This document shows positions 48,801 through 58,840 of a stretch of DNA of 64,000 bases, piece after piece. A program made the translations under genes and the position numbers. Source of the DNA: an uncultured virus (IMG/VR IMGVR_UViG_3300037497_000123) (taxonomy: Duplodnaviria; Heunggongvirae; Uroviricota; Caudoviricetes); IMG/VR virus record IMGVR_UViG_3300037497_000123. The stretch is one strand, 5' to 3'. Every line of letters starts with the position of its first letter. Positions within the stretch are counted from its first letter, which is position 1. The notes under the pieces are model-generated. The model saw only the letters and a list, made by a program, of their open reading frames with translations. It made no database searches and was not told where the DNA came from.

Positions 48801-48827
48801 GGGAGTGCGCAACGGGGAGTACAGCCG

Positions 48828-48856
48828 AAGGCGCCCTCTTTGAGGAGCGCTTTTTT
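48828..48856 (+). terminator. terminator-like hairpin in leader
   Basis: GCGCCCTC-TTT-GAGGAGCGC-TTTTTT. Confidence 0.65.
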
Positions 48857-48897
48857 GTGTTTTAGGGGACTACACGGCCCATGGGGCAGAGACCAAA

Positions 48898-50004
48898 ATG
48901 ACTGACCAGCAGACAGAGATTGACCAGGACAAGGATTCACAGCGTCGTACAGATACCATTGCCGAATATGAATTGGCATTGGGGTTCCGACTTCGGGATG
49001 TGCCAGAGGAAGTTCAAAAAGCGTTGCGGGCGGAAGCCGTGGAAGCGCCGACGCATGTACGGTTCTCACGGGTCAATCCGTTTCGACGGAGTGAGATCAA
49101 TAAAGCGGTGCAGAGTCGCTTCCACAAAGACCTTCAGACTCCCGAAATTCTCTCGAACGCTCAGGTGCTCAAGCTGGTGCAAGAACGGGGTGAGTGGAGC
49201 CTTGAGATGCAACGGGAAATGGAAACGCTCACGGATAGCACAGGACGGGACATGGGTCGGTTGTGGGCAGAGGGCTTGACGCCGGAAACCACCACGTTCT
49301 TGGACAAAATCGAAGAGGCGGTTCGCCAATATCGCGTGCTATGTGAGGAAGCGGAGCGGGAGTCTCCCGGTAAGTACCAAGCATGCTTGAAGCGTTTTGA
49401 GCAATGGGCAAGTTGGTCGGTTCGAAACAAGGCGCAGTTTCCTGAGGGATACGATCCCGGAGTGGAACTGTCGGCATTGTTCGATGAATCTCCGGGAGTG
49501 GAGGCGATCGAACAGGTCACGGAGATTGATGAGTTGAAAGACAAGCAGGAGCGTCTCATCAAACTCATGGAAGATCGGGTGCGACTCGCGGAACTGCAGC
49601 TCAAGCATTCTCGCATTTTCTCGGAGACTGCAGAGTCTCGGCGGGACCACACGGAGGAACTGGCTCAGGTCTACTGGACTTGTGAGCGCGTGACTCCTGA
49701 GGGGAAGCCGGCAGGACGGTTAGCCGCAAATTTTGAGATCCTGTGGAACTGGCCGGAAGCTGCTATTCGTTGGCTGCTCTATGAAGCTTACTTCTTCCAC
49801 AACAACGTGCCTGATGTGGCTCGAGCGTACCTCGGAGCGTTCGGTTTTTTCGGGGCGGAGCGCGCGAATATAGAGAACGTCAAATCCGACGTATCGCCCG
49901 CTCTGCCGAGTTCCAAAATCGATGGCGAGCCTGTGGACAAGACGCTTGCCGGCTCTTCGGAGTTGCCAGCGGATATGACCTTGACGACCTCCAAGCCCTC
50001 CTAA
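48898..50004 (+). CDS. tail assembly chaperone (gpG-like)
   Basis: Between tail tube and tape measure; slippery T TTT TTC at 49845-49851. Confidence 0.75.
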   Translation: MTDQQTEIDQDKDSQRRTDTIAEYELALGFRLRDVPEEVQKALRAEAVEAPTHVRFSRVNPFRRSEINKAVQSRFHKDLQTPEILSNAQVLKLVQERGEWSLEMQREMETLTDSTGRDMGRLWAEGLTPETTTFLDKIEEAVRQYRVLCEEAERESPGKYQACLKRFEQWASWSVRNKAQFPEGYDPGVELSALFDESPGVEAIEQVTEIDELKDKQERLIKLMEDRVRLAELQLKHSRIFSETAESRRDHTEELAQVYWTCERVTPEGKPAGRLAANFEILWNWPEAAIRWLLYEAYFFHNNVPDVARAYLGAFGFFGAERANIENVKSDVSPALPSSKIDGEPVDKTLAGSSELPADMTLTTSKPS

Positions 50005-50165
50005 CGTACTGGGCGGTGTTCTACCGGTCGGTATTTGAGATGCCGTCGGAAGAGCGGCCGCCGGACGAGATTTTGGAGGACGACGAGGCGTTGGACCGGT
50101 GGTGGGAAAACAAGTTGCGGGAGTACGAGCGGGAAGCTCGGAAAGCCAAGGCGAATCGGAGATAA
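49851..50165 (+). CDS. -1 frameshift extension of the tail chaperone (gpGT-like)
   Basis: Open -1 frame with no upstream start: IRRIARS.EF..RW...LFG...YW.VFY.SVFE...PPDEILEDDEALDRWW; stop overlaps next ATG. Confidence 0.8.
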   Translation, partial: RGGAREYRERQIRRIARSAEFQNRWRACGQDACRLFGVASGYDLDDLQALLTYWAVFYRSVFEMPSEERPPDEILEDDEALDRWWENKLREYEREARKAKANRR

Positions 50166-51004
50166 TGCCCACACTGGCACGACGGCTCACAGAAAAAGAC
50201 AACTACGAGATCAGCTTTGATCCGCAGTTCGGTCCGATGGAGGTGGGAATTCGGCAATTGGCGGATCCTCACACCCTCGCGCTTTTGCTTCGACAAGCCG
50301 TGGCCGAGACCTTGCTCAAAGCCTATCGGGAACGATTTCTGCGAGCCCTTCCCGGTATGGTCAACATGCGGCGGGAACACTTTGCACGAGCCAGTGCTCG
50401 CATTTCCCCGACCATGCGGCAGCGGTTTTTGCGCATGAGTCAGCGCTTTGATCGTGCCAAGTTGTCCGGAGACGCCGGAGAAGTGCGGGATGCCAAAGAG
50501 GCCTTGAAGCGCATTAGTGAGTCCGTGCGTCGGGCAGTCAAGCCCGGTCGGGCCAGCCGGCATCCCTTGCCGAACTCGGGTCGTGGGGAGTTTCGGCGAC
50601 TTGCGTTCAAGGTGTTGGCCCTCGTGGGCCAGGAGAATGCTACCAATACAACGGTAACAGACGAAGGAGTTGCACTCGGTATTGGGCCGCTCGAGCTACT
50701 GGAGCGATTGAGGACTCCCAGTGCTCGACCCACCGCGAGTCGGCGGGTGTCCTTGTGGCGTCACCTCGAGTTCGGGACCGGGGCGTTTGCGACCGATAAG
50801 TCTCAACGCTTGAGTCCCCATCGTTTGGCCTCTGGGGGTTGGTGGTACGGAAAGTCGCCCACAGAATCCTTGGAACTTCGGGGATCCCAACCAGGCAAGT
50901 TCATGTTTGACCCCGCTCGCCGGCTTCCCTATGAGCGGGATTTCATGCGGTTTCGCTCCGTCTTATTCACCATGATTCAAAAGGTGTTACACACTGATGG
51001 CTAA
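50165..51004 (+). CDS. HK97 gp10-like neck/tail protein
   Basis: W.HLEFGTG, G.QP..FM. Confidence 0.6.
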   Translation: MPTLARRLTEKDNYEISFDPQFGPMEVGIRQLADPHTLALLLRQAVAETLLKAYRERFLRALPGMVNMRREHFARASARISPTMRQRFLRMSQRFDRAKLSGDAGEVRDAKEALKRISESVRRAVKPGRASRHPLPNSGRGEFRRLAFKVLALVGQENATNTTVTDEGVALGIGPLELLERLRTPSARPTASRRVSLWRHLEFGTGAFATDKSQRLSPHRLASGGWWYGKSPTESLELRGSQPGKFMFDPARRLPYERDFMRFRSVLFTMIQKVLHTDG

Positions 51005-54000
51005 CGCGGGCACGTCAAACTTCCTGATTTCGGTTCACCTCAAAAAGGTGAGCGCGTTTTCGGATTTGCTACGGTATATGACGCAGGTGCAGGAGCGAGC
51101 GGCCAAGGGCGCGACTTTTAAGGTCGGCATTGCCGCGACCTCGCTGGCGACCATTGAACAGCAAGTGGCGGAAGCGGTGAAGCGTGGGTTGACCGATGTG
51201 TCGCCGGCGGGCATTGACTTTCAGGGGTATGAGAACGGCGTGGCGGCAGCGACTGCAAGAGGTGCGGAAACTGGGCATAAGCAGGCACAGGCACGGGCCA
51301 CAAGTCCCAGAAGGGCACGATCTTTTAAGGACTTTTCGGAACTGAAGACTGCTTTAGAAGATGAAGTGCGTCTGACGGAAGCAGCGGAGAAGAAGAAGGA
51401 AGCGGCTCGTCGAAAGCGGGGTGGCCAGGGCCCTAGTTCTATGAATGCGTCCGATGATCGCTACCTAAAGGAATTGACGCGGGCGCTGGCTGGTGGGATC
51501 AGGATCAACGTGGAGCAGTTGAATCGCTCGTTTGGAACGATCGCGGATAACTTCGCGGCCAAGCTCAACACGCACATTACCTCGATGACGTCCAAGCTCG
51601 ACATCAAGAGTGTGATTGAGGCGATGTCAGAGTTTCAGCGGTTTCAGGCTGCGGGGTTGAAGGGGGCGTTCCGTCCCGGACGAGAAGGCGTCTTGGAAGC
51701 GGCGGGGGTTTTGCGGAATCCGGGGCATACGCCGGAAGCGAAGTCGTTGGCGCGTCAGCATCTCAACGAGACGGGGAAGCACCTCAAGGACATGGGGTTG
51801 CTAGACAGGATTGAGAAAGATACTCGACAAGAAGAGATTGAGTTGCGGAAGCGACTGGCTCGCATGACCAAGGAGGAACTTGCCAAGCGGACGTCCTTGT
51901 TGACGTCGAGTGTGCAGGCGCAAAAGGGTGGGGTACAGTCGCGGCAGGACCCTCAAATTCTGGTGCGCGGTCGAGCGGTTCCTCTAGCGGCGGTTCAACA
52001 GGCTCGTAGCGGTCAGGGGGAACTGGAGAATTTGCTTAAGATGTTTGCGGAGGGAGATTTTGACGCCGCCAACATCCAACATATGCTGACCAAGTACACG
52101 GCGAATCCGGCGTTGCAAGGCGTATTGTACAATCGGCCTACGAAGGCATCGGTGGGTGCCAATCGGAAAGGGTTGCAAGCTAAGATAGACAAGCTAGAGC
52201 AGGTCAAGGCCCAGGCATATCTGCAGTCGCAAAAAATTCTCAAATCGAGCCCTACGGGAAAACCCTCTGGGTTTGATCGCAAGGAGGATCTCGACCAGTT
52301 TAAGTCGTGGGAACAAAAAGCCGACACGGCCAACGCTGCGGCGGGGGAATTGCGTCGGCAAATGCGGGTGGCCGAAGCGGAACCCGTGATGTTGGTGCGG
52401 AACAAGACTACGGCCAAAGAGGCCCTCAAGCGCTTACAGGATGCCTCCCGCTCGTGGGACAAGGAGACCCTGTTGGCGGAACATCTTCAGGGACCTCGAG
52501 GACGTTCCCGAGTGCCTCGGTTGTCTCCCAATCAGATCATGGAGAATGTGAGTGGCGCAGAGTTCTCTCATGTGTGGGAGGGGGGAAAGAGCCTGTTTCC
52601 TCCTGGCAGTGCTGAGGCGAAAGCAGCTCGAGAATTTCAGGGGCTAAATTCGTTCTACGGGAGGGGGGGTGTGTTTACTCCATACAATGAACAGCAAATG
52701 TTCTTGTTGGAGCAGGGGATGGCCGAGTCCACCAAAAAGGGAGATAAGAAGCGGTACAATCGATTGCAGAAGCAATATGAATTTACAGGGGAGTATCACT
52801 ACGGTCCGTTTCAGGGGCATCAACTCCTAGCCAAGGCCTTGGGGCCTGCGAATATTGCTAAGCGTACGAGTACGTCTACGGCACAAGCATTGGGGACACT
52901 TACGCCCGGGGTCGAACATACTGGGTATGATGTTGGAGCGCTTGGGTCCCATCTCACCAACTTTGCCAAGATTGATTTTGCCGGTATCGCGGCCGGCATC
53001 AAGATCACCACGGATGCTCTCGCTTCCATGGAGGAGCGGTTGCGCAAAGCGACGGATAAGTCCTCAGGACAGACCGTTCGGGCGGTCGCGGCCATAGAGA
53101 AGGAGCGGGTGAAGAAGGAGAAGGCCCTAATTGAGCAGGGAGCCAATGTTGCGACGGCACACGCGCGAGGAGTTGAAGCGAATGCCAAGGTAGTCAATGC
53201 CGACAAGAAGTTGACGTATAGGGAACGGAAAGAGGAACAAAAGCGAAATGCGGCTACGCAGTTGGCTGTTGAGGAAGCTCGCAAGGAGCGTCAGTTCGGG
53301 GTAGAAGAGCGCAGGCTCGAGCGGGAGCGTATGCGAGCCTCTATGAAGGCCCTTGCCACTACAGGGGCTGCGGGAGGTTCACGTCTCGGACTGGCTCTGT
53401 CTCAGGCGGGCGTACCTCTGGGTATGGGCATGACCAATGCTCAGCTTGAGAAAGCGTTGGTGCAAAACGTGGCATCCACCGCCCGGCAACAGGCGAAGAT
53501 CGCGGAATTGCGTGCTCAGAAAGCCCAGTATGCTGGGATAGGAATGTCGACGAGTGGCATTGATAGCCAGCTCATGGCCCGAGGTGCGAGGCTGGACTAC
53601 TCGGGAGAAGAGTTCCTGAATCTCTTGGGACATGCCGGTAAAATGATGCCGGAAACTTGGGGTAAGCGGTTCCCTGCAACCGAAGCGCTCCAGCAGTTTC
53701 AGAACATGCAGTACAAGCGAACCCGAATTGCAGCAGACCTGGCCAAAGTTCAGGAGTTGCGAGAGTCCACGATGGATCCGCTTGTAGCTGCTTCCACACC
53801 TCTGTGGGCGGAAGCGCAAGCGGCTCGCCAGCGTCTGGGAGTTTTCGGAGGGGAGGCTCAGGCAGCGAAGCGGGCGGGAGAGCTTCGGGAAGAGCAGCAC
53901 GCCATGGTCAACGGGTTAAAAGGTCAGGTCGGGAAGCACCACGAAATTGAAGCGTCGATGACACGCCAAGGTAACCTCTTCGATTTCATCGGAAACAAGA

Positions 54001-57000
54001 TGAAGTCGATTATGGCCTATATGGGCATTGGGTTTGTGTTCTATCGGATGGCGGGGGGCATTGCGGCAGCGGTCAAGGAAGTAGTGGAGTTAGAGCATGT
54101 CATGGCGGAACTCCAGGGACTCATGCGCGGACAGTCCGTGGGGGACATGCTTGAGATCAAGAGTTCTATCCTAGAGACGGCGCGGCAATACGGTCTCGAC
54201 ATCAAGGGTGTGGCCGAGGTAGCTAAAGCGTTTACGCAACTTGGACTGTCTCCGGCGGAGGCCTCAAAAGAAACGCGAGCGGCCGCTCTTGGCGGCGCCG
54301 CCTTGAACATGACGCCGGAACAAACGGCGCAGATCATGATTGCCGCTCGGGAACTCACGGAAGGTGAGATGACCGGCCTAGACGTGATTGACCGAATTGC
54401 GGCAGTCATGCGCGTGTCAGAAACAACAGGGAAAGGTCGGCGGGTGTCTCCCGAGGACCTCACAACCGTGATTGAGCGCGTGGGTCCCCTCGCGCAGTCC
54501 TTGCAACCGAACAAGCTGGGGTCGGTGACGGCCATGGACATGCTGCTTGGTATGCAGTCCACGATTTTGACACGTACGCAGGGCGTGGGTGGAGCACAGA
54601 CAGCAGCCGCATTGGCGTTTGCAATGTCCAGTATCATGCGGCCCTCAACCCAGAAGCAATTGCAGGGGAAGTTTGGAATTGAGTTGGGTCGTCCGGAAGG
54701 TGGGCTACGGCCCATGGGGGACATTTTCCAATTGGTGGCGGAACGCTATAAGCAATACAAGTCCGAAGGCAGTGAGAAGGCCTCGGCTTTGCTGTCGGTG
54801 TTTGGTGGATCCCGTCAAGGTCGGCAGTTGGCGCCGTTGCTGGAGAATTTCGACGAGGCCATGCAAACCGCTATTGAATCGTCGGAAGCGTTCGGGCAAG
54901 CGGAAAAGCGGGCGGCTCTTGAAGTAGACACCCTTCAGAATCGAATGAAGGGTTTGGGGAATGCATTCACTGGATTCATGGATGCGCTGCTTCGTAACAC
55001 CGGCATCATTGGGGGTACCCATGGGCCGTTGAGAACAGCCTCAAATGCGATTGCGGGCATGTCAAAGAATCCTCAGGCCTGGACCCTGGGAATAAGTGGC
55101 CTGAGTGTGGGGGCGTCATATGGTGGAGCAGCGTTGGCGCGCACAGCGGCATCGGCCATGGCGGCGGGTACTGGGCGGGCGGCAATGCTAGGCTTGGCCC
55201 GACTCTTAACGGGAATGTTGATTGGGTCTGGAATTGTTGCAGCGGTGATCGGGATTGCCTTGGCGGCTTTCGCAGCATACAATTTTATCACTCGTGATCG
55301 GAAACCCACGGAACTGGAACTGGGACGCGAGCGGTTCGGGGAAACCGCCAAAACTCACAATTTGACTCCCGAAGAGTTATCCCATCGGACGATAGCAGCG
55401 AATCGCCTGGCCCAGGAGCGCACGGGGGAATTGCTTGGAAAGTCAGGACTCTTCACTGGGGTCGACACGGACCCGGAAGCGCGAGCAACGTTCTCTCGGG
55501 TATTTTTGGGATTGATGGAAGGCGCAGTACCGGATTTGAAGAAAATTGCCGATCCGGCGGAGCGATTGAACCAAGCGTTTGGTTTGCTTCGGGAATCCAT
55601 GGAGGAAATCGATCGGACCGCTCGTACCCCGCTGTTCCAGAGTGAGATTCTTGCGCGGATGGAGGCTCGTGGAAACATTATTGCAGAGCGCACCAATTTT
55701 GAGACCCATTCTAAGACAAACCCTGACTATAAGCCATACACAGAGACGCTTCGGATCATTCAGCGGGGCGACCAAAACAAGTTGACGCAGTTAAAGCAGG
55801 GGCGTCTTTCGACTCGATCCGGGGCGGCAACGGCGGTGTCCGCTACCACCGAGTTGATGGCAAACGTCGCCAATACTCAGGGAGGCAAGCTTCCAGTGGT
55901 GGGTCTGGGGGGTGCGTGGAAGGATCGTATTCTGGAAGTGCTCATTGGGTATGGATCGCAGCGTTCCCAGCAGGAGGCCATGAAGGGTATGGGAGGGTTG
56001 GTTGGGTATGACTATGCGGGTGCTCGACGGACCAGTTCTCGAGGCTTAGTCGAAGGTGTTGAACGTGCAATCGCAGAGGCCAAGGGAGATCTTATCCGGA
56101 CGAAAGAGCAACTTGTGATGGCGGAATGGTCCTCGATGGATACAGAGGATTTGGCGGCGCGTACAGCGGACGCGGGGGATCTCAAGAAATTGTCAGATGC
56201 GGACAGGGCCTTAGTTCTTAAGTCGGAGGCCAAAGCATCTTTTATATCCAAGATGGATAATGCTGAAGCGGTCATTGCAGCTTTTCAGAAGGACAAAACA
56301 TTGTTGGGATCGTTGCCACCAGATCTCCAGAAACTGCTTGCGGAACTTGTTACAGGGCAATCCTTCAAGACCGAGGACGACGCGACTAAACACTTGAGCA
56401 AGAGTTTAGGACTCATTTCTGGGATTCGGGCTGTTGCGAAAGAGGAAGCCGAGGAAGGAGAGCGGTTGGTGGTGGCGAAGGAACAGACCATCAAACTTCT
56501 TGAGAATGAGCGCGATTTGCATGTATCTATTTTGGAACATGTCCAGCGGCGAGCACAACTCAACCGAGAATCAGGAATTGCTCGAGCGGAGTTGGCTGGT
56601 GTTGGAGCTGGGTTTGGTAGTCGGCAATCCGACATCCTCTCGCGAGGAGCGGACGAAGTCAACCGCATTCGCCAACAGGGGTTGTACGAACGAGCGTTGA
56701 TTGAAGCGGATCCGGAAATGTCGGATCCGCGAAAGGTGTTTTTGCAAGATCAAAGTCAGATCCAGGAAGACCGCAAAGCGCTGGTGGCGCAGGAAACTGC
56801 TAATCTGGATGCGGAACGCCTCCAAGTCATGGCCCAGATCGATGTGGAACGGGATCGTACTAACAACGCCAAAACAATGTTGCGGGGGGCCACGTCAGGA
56901 TTGTCGGGGGCTTTGGGACAGAATTTCATGAGCGGATGGGCTGGCGGTCCAGCCCTAGAGACCATTACACGCCCACTAATCTCGGGGTTGCAGCAAAAGT

Positions 57001-58694
57001 TGGCGGACAACTTCGTGGATTCGTGGTTTGGTCCAGATGGTATTTTCGGCGGGAAAATGATGGACTTGTTCTCTGTCGACACGCTTCTGGACCAAGAAGT
57101 GGTGATGCGGCAAAGTTACTTGCGGAACTTAGGTCTTGCCCTTACGGGGGAAGTCACGGCCGTGCGTTCTGCTGCAAGTGGGGGGAGTCTTACGGCTGTA
57201 GCGTCTAACGTGTCGGTTGGAGAGGCACGAACCCGTATGGCGGAACTCGAGAACTCTAAGAGCTTGGCATTGCTACCAGGCGCGGCCGCGTTACCGGCGA
57301 TCTCTTTGATAGGATCGGGATCGGGAACGGGCGTGGCGGGGCTTACAGCAGTGGCGGCAGCGGGTCCGATGGCATTTCGTCAAAAATATGAATCCGAGTT
57401 TGCCTACAGGCAGCGGGTGCGTCGAGAGTGGAAGGGGCAGCCGATACCGCCGGCTCAACGTGGTATGGGAGTGTTGGATCCCGATGTTCGAGAAAAGATG
57501 GGACACCTGATGGCAGATGCAGCCAAACGTGGGTGGAATGTACAAATCCTGGAAACGCAGCGGACGCAAGAGCGTCAAGATGCTATTTTTGCTAACACCA
57601 ACAACACGAACACTCTTGACTCCAACCACCTCCTGGGCCGGGCTCTTGACATCAAGATAAACGGGCGTGATCTAACCACGGAACAGCGACTTTGGTTGGA
57701 CCAGCGGAATGTTGGCTTGATCGGACCTCCCGATGTTAGCAAACAGCCAAGGGGGTCCTTTGTTGATTTAAATCATATACAGTTTCCGCTCTCAAGACGC
57801 GAGAACCGGCGACGTCGGCAAGCTTTGCGGGAGGGGCAGGCTGCGGTTGTAATGGGGCCGACTTTAGCACCCCTAGTTACACCAACTCAAGATACTAGGT
57901 TCGGGTTCGGCACTTTGGGTGCAGGGTATAATTTCACTGCGGGGGCAAGCAGCATTGATCCGCTGATTAATCTGTCGGGAGGCCTTTCACAAATCTCCCC
58001 TCGCCAAATCGAGGACACTCTGCCGGGCATGCCGGGCATGCCGGGCATGTCGCCCTTGCCTGCAGCGGTGCTTCCTACACTCACGAAATGGAAAACTCGG
58101 TCAGGGTTGATTCCGAAACCGACGGTGAAGGAGCGTTGGGCGCAAGTGGGAGACCAGGCGGCGATGATGGCGGCGTTGCAGGGCGGCATGTTGTTGGGGG
58201 GTGCCTTGAACTCGGATCGAGGTCTTGGTGGTATGAGAATGGGAAGGAACAAGGGGTACAACTACGCCTCCGAGGGTGGGGCCGTTGGAGGGATGCTTGG
58301 TAGTGTGTTTGGAGCACCAGGCGCCTTGGTAGGCAGCCTACTTGGGTCTATGCTTGGTGGATTGATTGCGAAGAAACGGCCGCGTGAGGACCCCCATGCG
58401 CAGTCCCTAGAAAAGATCGAGCGCAATACCCGCGAGAGTGTGACCGCGATCGAGAACCAGACGCGCATGATCGATTTGGGAAGCCGGATGCTTGGGGTGC
58501 CTACCACCTTCAAGTACCCCAGTTACGCGATCGCGGCCGGCGGTGGCGGTGGCGGTGGCACGCCGAACAGTGTCCAAAATCACTTCGAAATCACCGTCAA
58601 TGGAACGTCGGATGCCCGGCAGACGGCTGACCTTGTAGTGGCCCAGTTGCGGTCAGAACTGCGAGGGCAGGGCACCTTTACTTCTCGGCGGTAG
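50997..58694 (+). CDS. tape measure protein with C-terminal M15 peptidase domain
   Basis: 2565 aa, helical; TMP core near 54.0-55.0 kb; ETQRTQERQ...SNHL.GRALDI...D..HIQ. Confidence 0.9.
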   Translation: MANAGTSNFLISVHLKKVSAFSDLLRYMTQVQERAAKGATFKVGIAATSLATIEQQVAEAVKRGLTDVSPAGIDFQGYENGVAAATARGAETGHKQAQARATSPRRARSFKDFSELKTALEDEVRLTEAAEKKKEAARRKRGGQGPSSMNASDDRYLKELTRALAGGIRINVEQLNRSFGTIADNFAAKLNTHITSMTSKLDIKSVIEAMSEFQRFQAAGLKGAFRPGREGVLEAAGVLRNPGHTPEAKSLARQHLNETGKHLKDMGLLDRIEKDTRQEEIELRKRLARMTKEELAKRTSLLTSSVQAQKGGVQSRQDPQILVRGRAVPLAAVQQARSGQGELENLLKMFAEGDFDAANIQHMLTKYTANPALQGVLYNRPTKASVGANRKGLQAKIDKLEQVKAQAYLQSQKILKSSPTGKPSGFDRKEDLDQFKSWEQKADTANAAAGELRRQMRVAEAEPVMLVRNKTTAKEALKRLQDASRSWDKETLLAEHLQGPRGRSRVPRLSPNQIMENVSGAEFSHVWEGGKSLFPPGSAEAKAAREFQGLNSFYGRGGVFTPYNEQQMFLLEQGMAESTKKGDKKRYNRLQKQYEFTGEYHYGPFQGHQLLAKALGPANIAKRTSTSTAQALGTLTPGVEHTGYDVGALGSHLTNFAKIDFAGIAAGIKITTDALASMEERLRKATDKSSGQTVRAVAAIEKERVKKEKALIEQGANVATAHARGVEANAKVVNADKKLTYRERKEEQKRNAATQLAVEEARKERQFGVEERRLERERMRASMKALATTGAAGGSRLGLALSQAGVPLGMGMTNAQLEKALVQNVASTARQQAKIAELRAQKAQYAGIGMSTSGIDSQLMARGARLDYSGEEFLNLLGHAGKMMPETWGKRFPATEALQQFQNMQYKRTRIAADLAKVQELRESTMDPLVAASTPLWAEAQAARQRLGVFGGEAQAAKRAGELREEQHAMVNGLKGQVGKHHEIEASMTRQGNLFDFIGNKMKSIMAYMGIGFVFYRMAGGIAAAVKEVVELEHVMAELQGLMRGQSVGDMLEIKSSILETARQYGLDIKGVAEVAKAFTQLGLSPAEASKETRAAALGGAALNMTPEQTAQIMIAARELTEGEMTGLDVIDRIAAVMRVSETTGKGRRVSPEDLTTVIERVGPLAQSLQPNKLGSVTAMDMLLGMQSTILTRTQGVGGAQTAAALAFAMSSIMRPSTQKQLQGKFGIELGRPEGGLRPMGDIFQLVAERYKQYKSEGSEKASALLSVFGGSRQGRQLAPLLENFDEAMQTAIESSEAFGQAEKRAALEVDTLQNRMKGLGNAFTGFMDALLRNTGIIGGTHGPLRTASNAIAGMSKNPQAWTLGISGLSVGASYGGAALARTAASAMAAGTGRAAMLGLARLLTGMLIGSGIVAAVIGIALAAFAAYNFITRDRKPTELELGRERFGETAKTHNLTPEELSHRTIAANRLAQERTGELLGKSGLFTGVDTDPEARATFSRVFLGLMEGAVPDLKKIADPAERLNQAFGLLRESMEEIDRTARTPLFQSEILARMEARGNIIAERTNFETHSKTNPDYKPYTETLRIIQRGDQNKLTQLKQGRLSTRSGAATAVSATTELMANVANTQGGKLPVVGLGGAWKDRILEVLIGYGSQRSQQEAMKGMGGLVGYDYAGARRTSSRGLVEGVERAIAEAKGDLIRTKEQLVMAEWSSMDTEDLAARTADAGDLKKLSDADRALVLKSEAKASFISKMDNAEAVIAAFQKDKTLLGSLPPDLQKLLAELVTGQSFKTEDDATKHLSKSLGLISGIRAVAKEEAEEGERLVVAKEQTIKLLENERDLHVSILEHVQRRAQLNRESGIARAELAGVGAGFGSRQSDILSRGADEVNRIRQQGLYERALIEADPEMSDPRKVFLQDQSQIQEDRKALVAQETANLDAERLQVMAQIDVERDRTNNAKTMLRGATSGLSGALGQNFMSGWAGGPALETITRPLISGLQQKLADNFVDSWFGPDGIFGGKMMDLFSVDTLLDQEVVMRQSYLRNLGLALTGEVTAVRSAASGGSLTAVASNVSVGEARTRMAELENSKSLALLPGAAALPAISLIGSGSGTGVAGLTAVAAAGPMAFRQKYESEFAYRQRVRREWKGQPIPPAQRGMGVLDPDVREKMGHLMADAAKRGWNVQILETQRTQERQDAIFANTNNTNTLDSNHLLGRALDIKINGRDLTTEQRLWLDQRNVGLIGPPDVSKQPRGSFVDLNHIQFPLSRRENRRRRQALREGQAAVVMGPTLAPLVTPTQDTRFGFGTLGAGYNFTAGASSIDPLINLSGGLSQISPRQIEDTLPGMPGMPGMSPLPAAVLPTLTKWKTRSGLIPKPTVKERWAQVGDQAAMMAALQGGMLLGGALNSDRGLGGMRMGRNKGYNYASEGGAVGGMLGSVFGAPGALVGSLLGSMLGGLIAKKRPREDPHAQSLEKIERNTRESVTAIENQTRMIDLGSRMLGVPTTFKYPSYAIAAGGGGGGGTPNSVQNHFEITVNGTSDARQTADLVVAQLRSELRGQGTFTSRR

Positions 58695-58698
58695 CTCC

Positions 58699-58734
58699 TG
58701 CGGTAGACCTCCTGCTCCAGCGACTCATTCGTAG
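58699..58734 (+). promoter_or_regulatory. class 2 promoter-like motif
   Basis: TGCG-N18-CGACTCATTCGTAG. Confidence 0.7.
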
Positions 58735-58796
58735 GGGAGTGAGCATGGGGAGGTCGGAGCGATAGCTCCATCCATAGCACCCTCTGGGTGCAAGTC

Positions 58797-58827
58797 AGGG
58801 CACCCAATACGGGTGCCCTTTTGTTTT
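58797..58827 (+). terminator. intrinsic terminator in leader
   Basis: AGGGCACCC-AATAC-GGGTGCCCT-TTTGTTTT. Confidence 0.8.
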
Positions 58828-58840
58828 GGAGACCGAAGAA

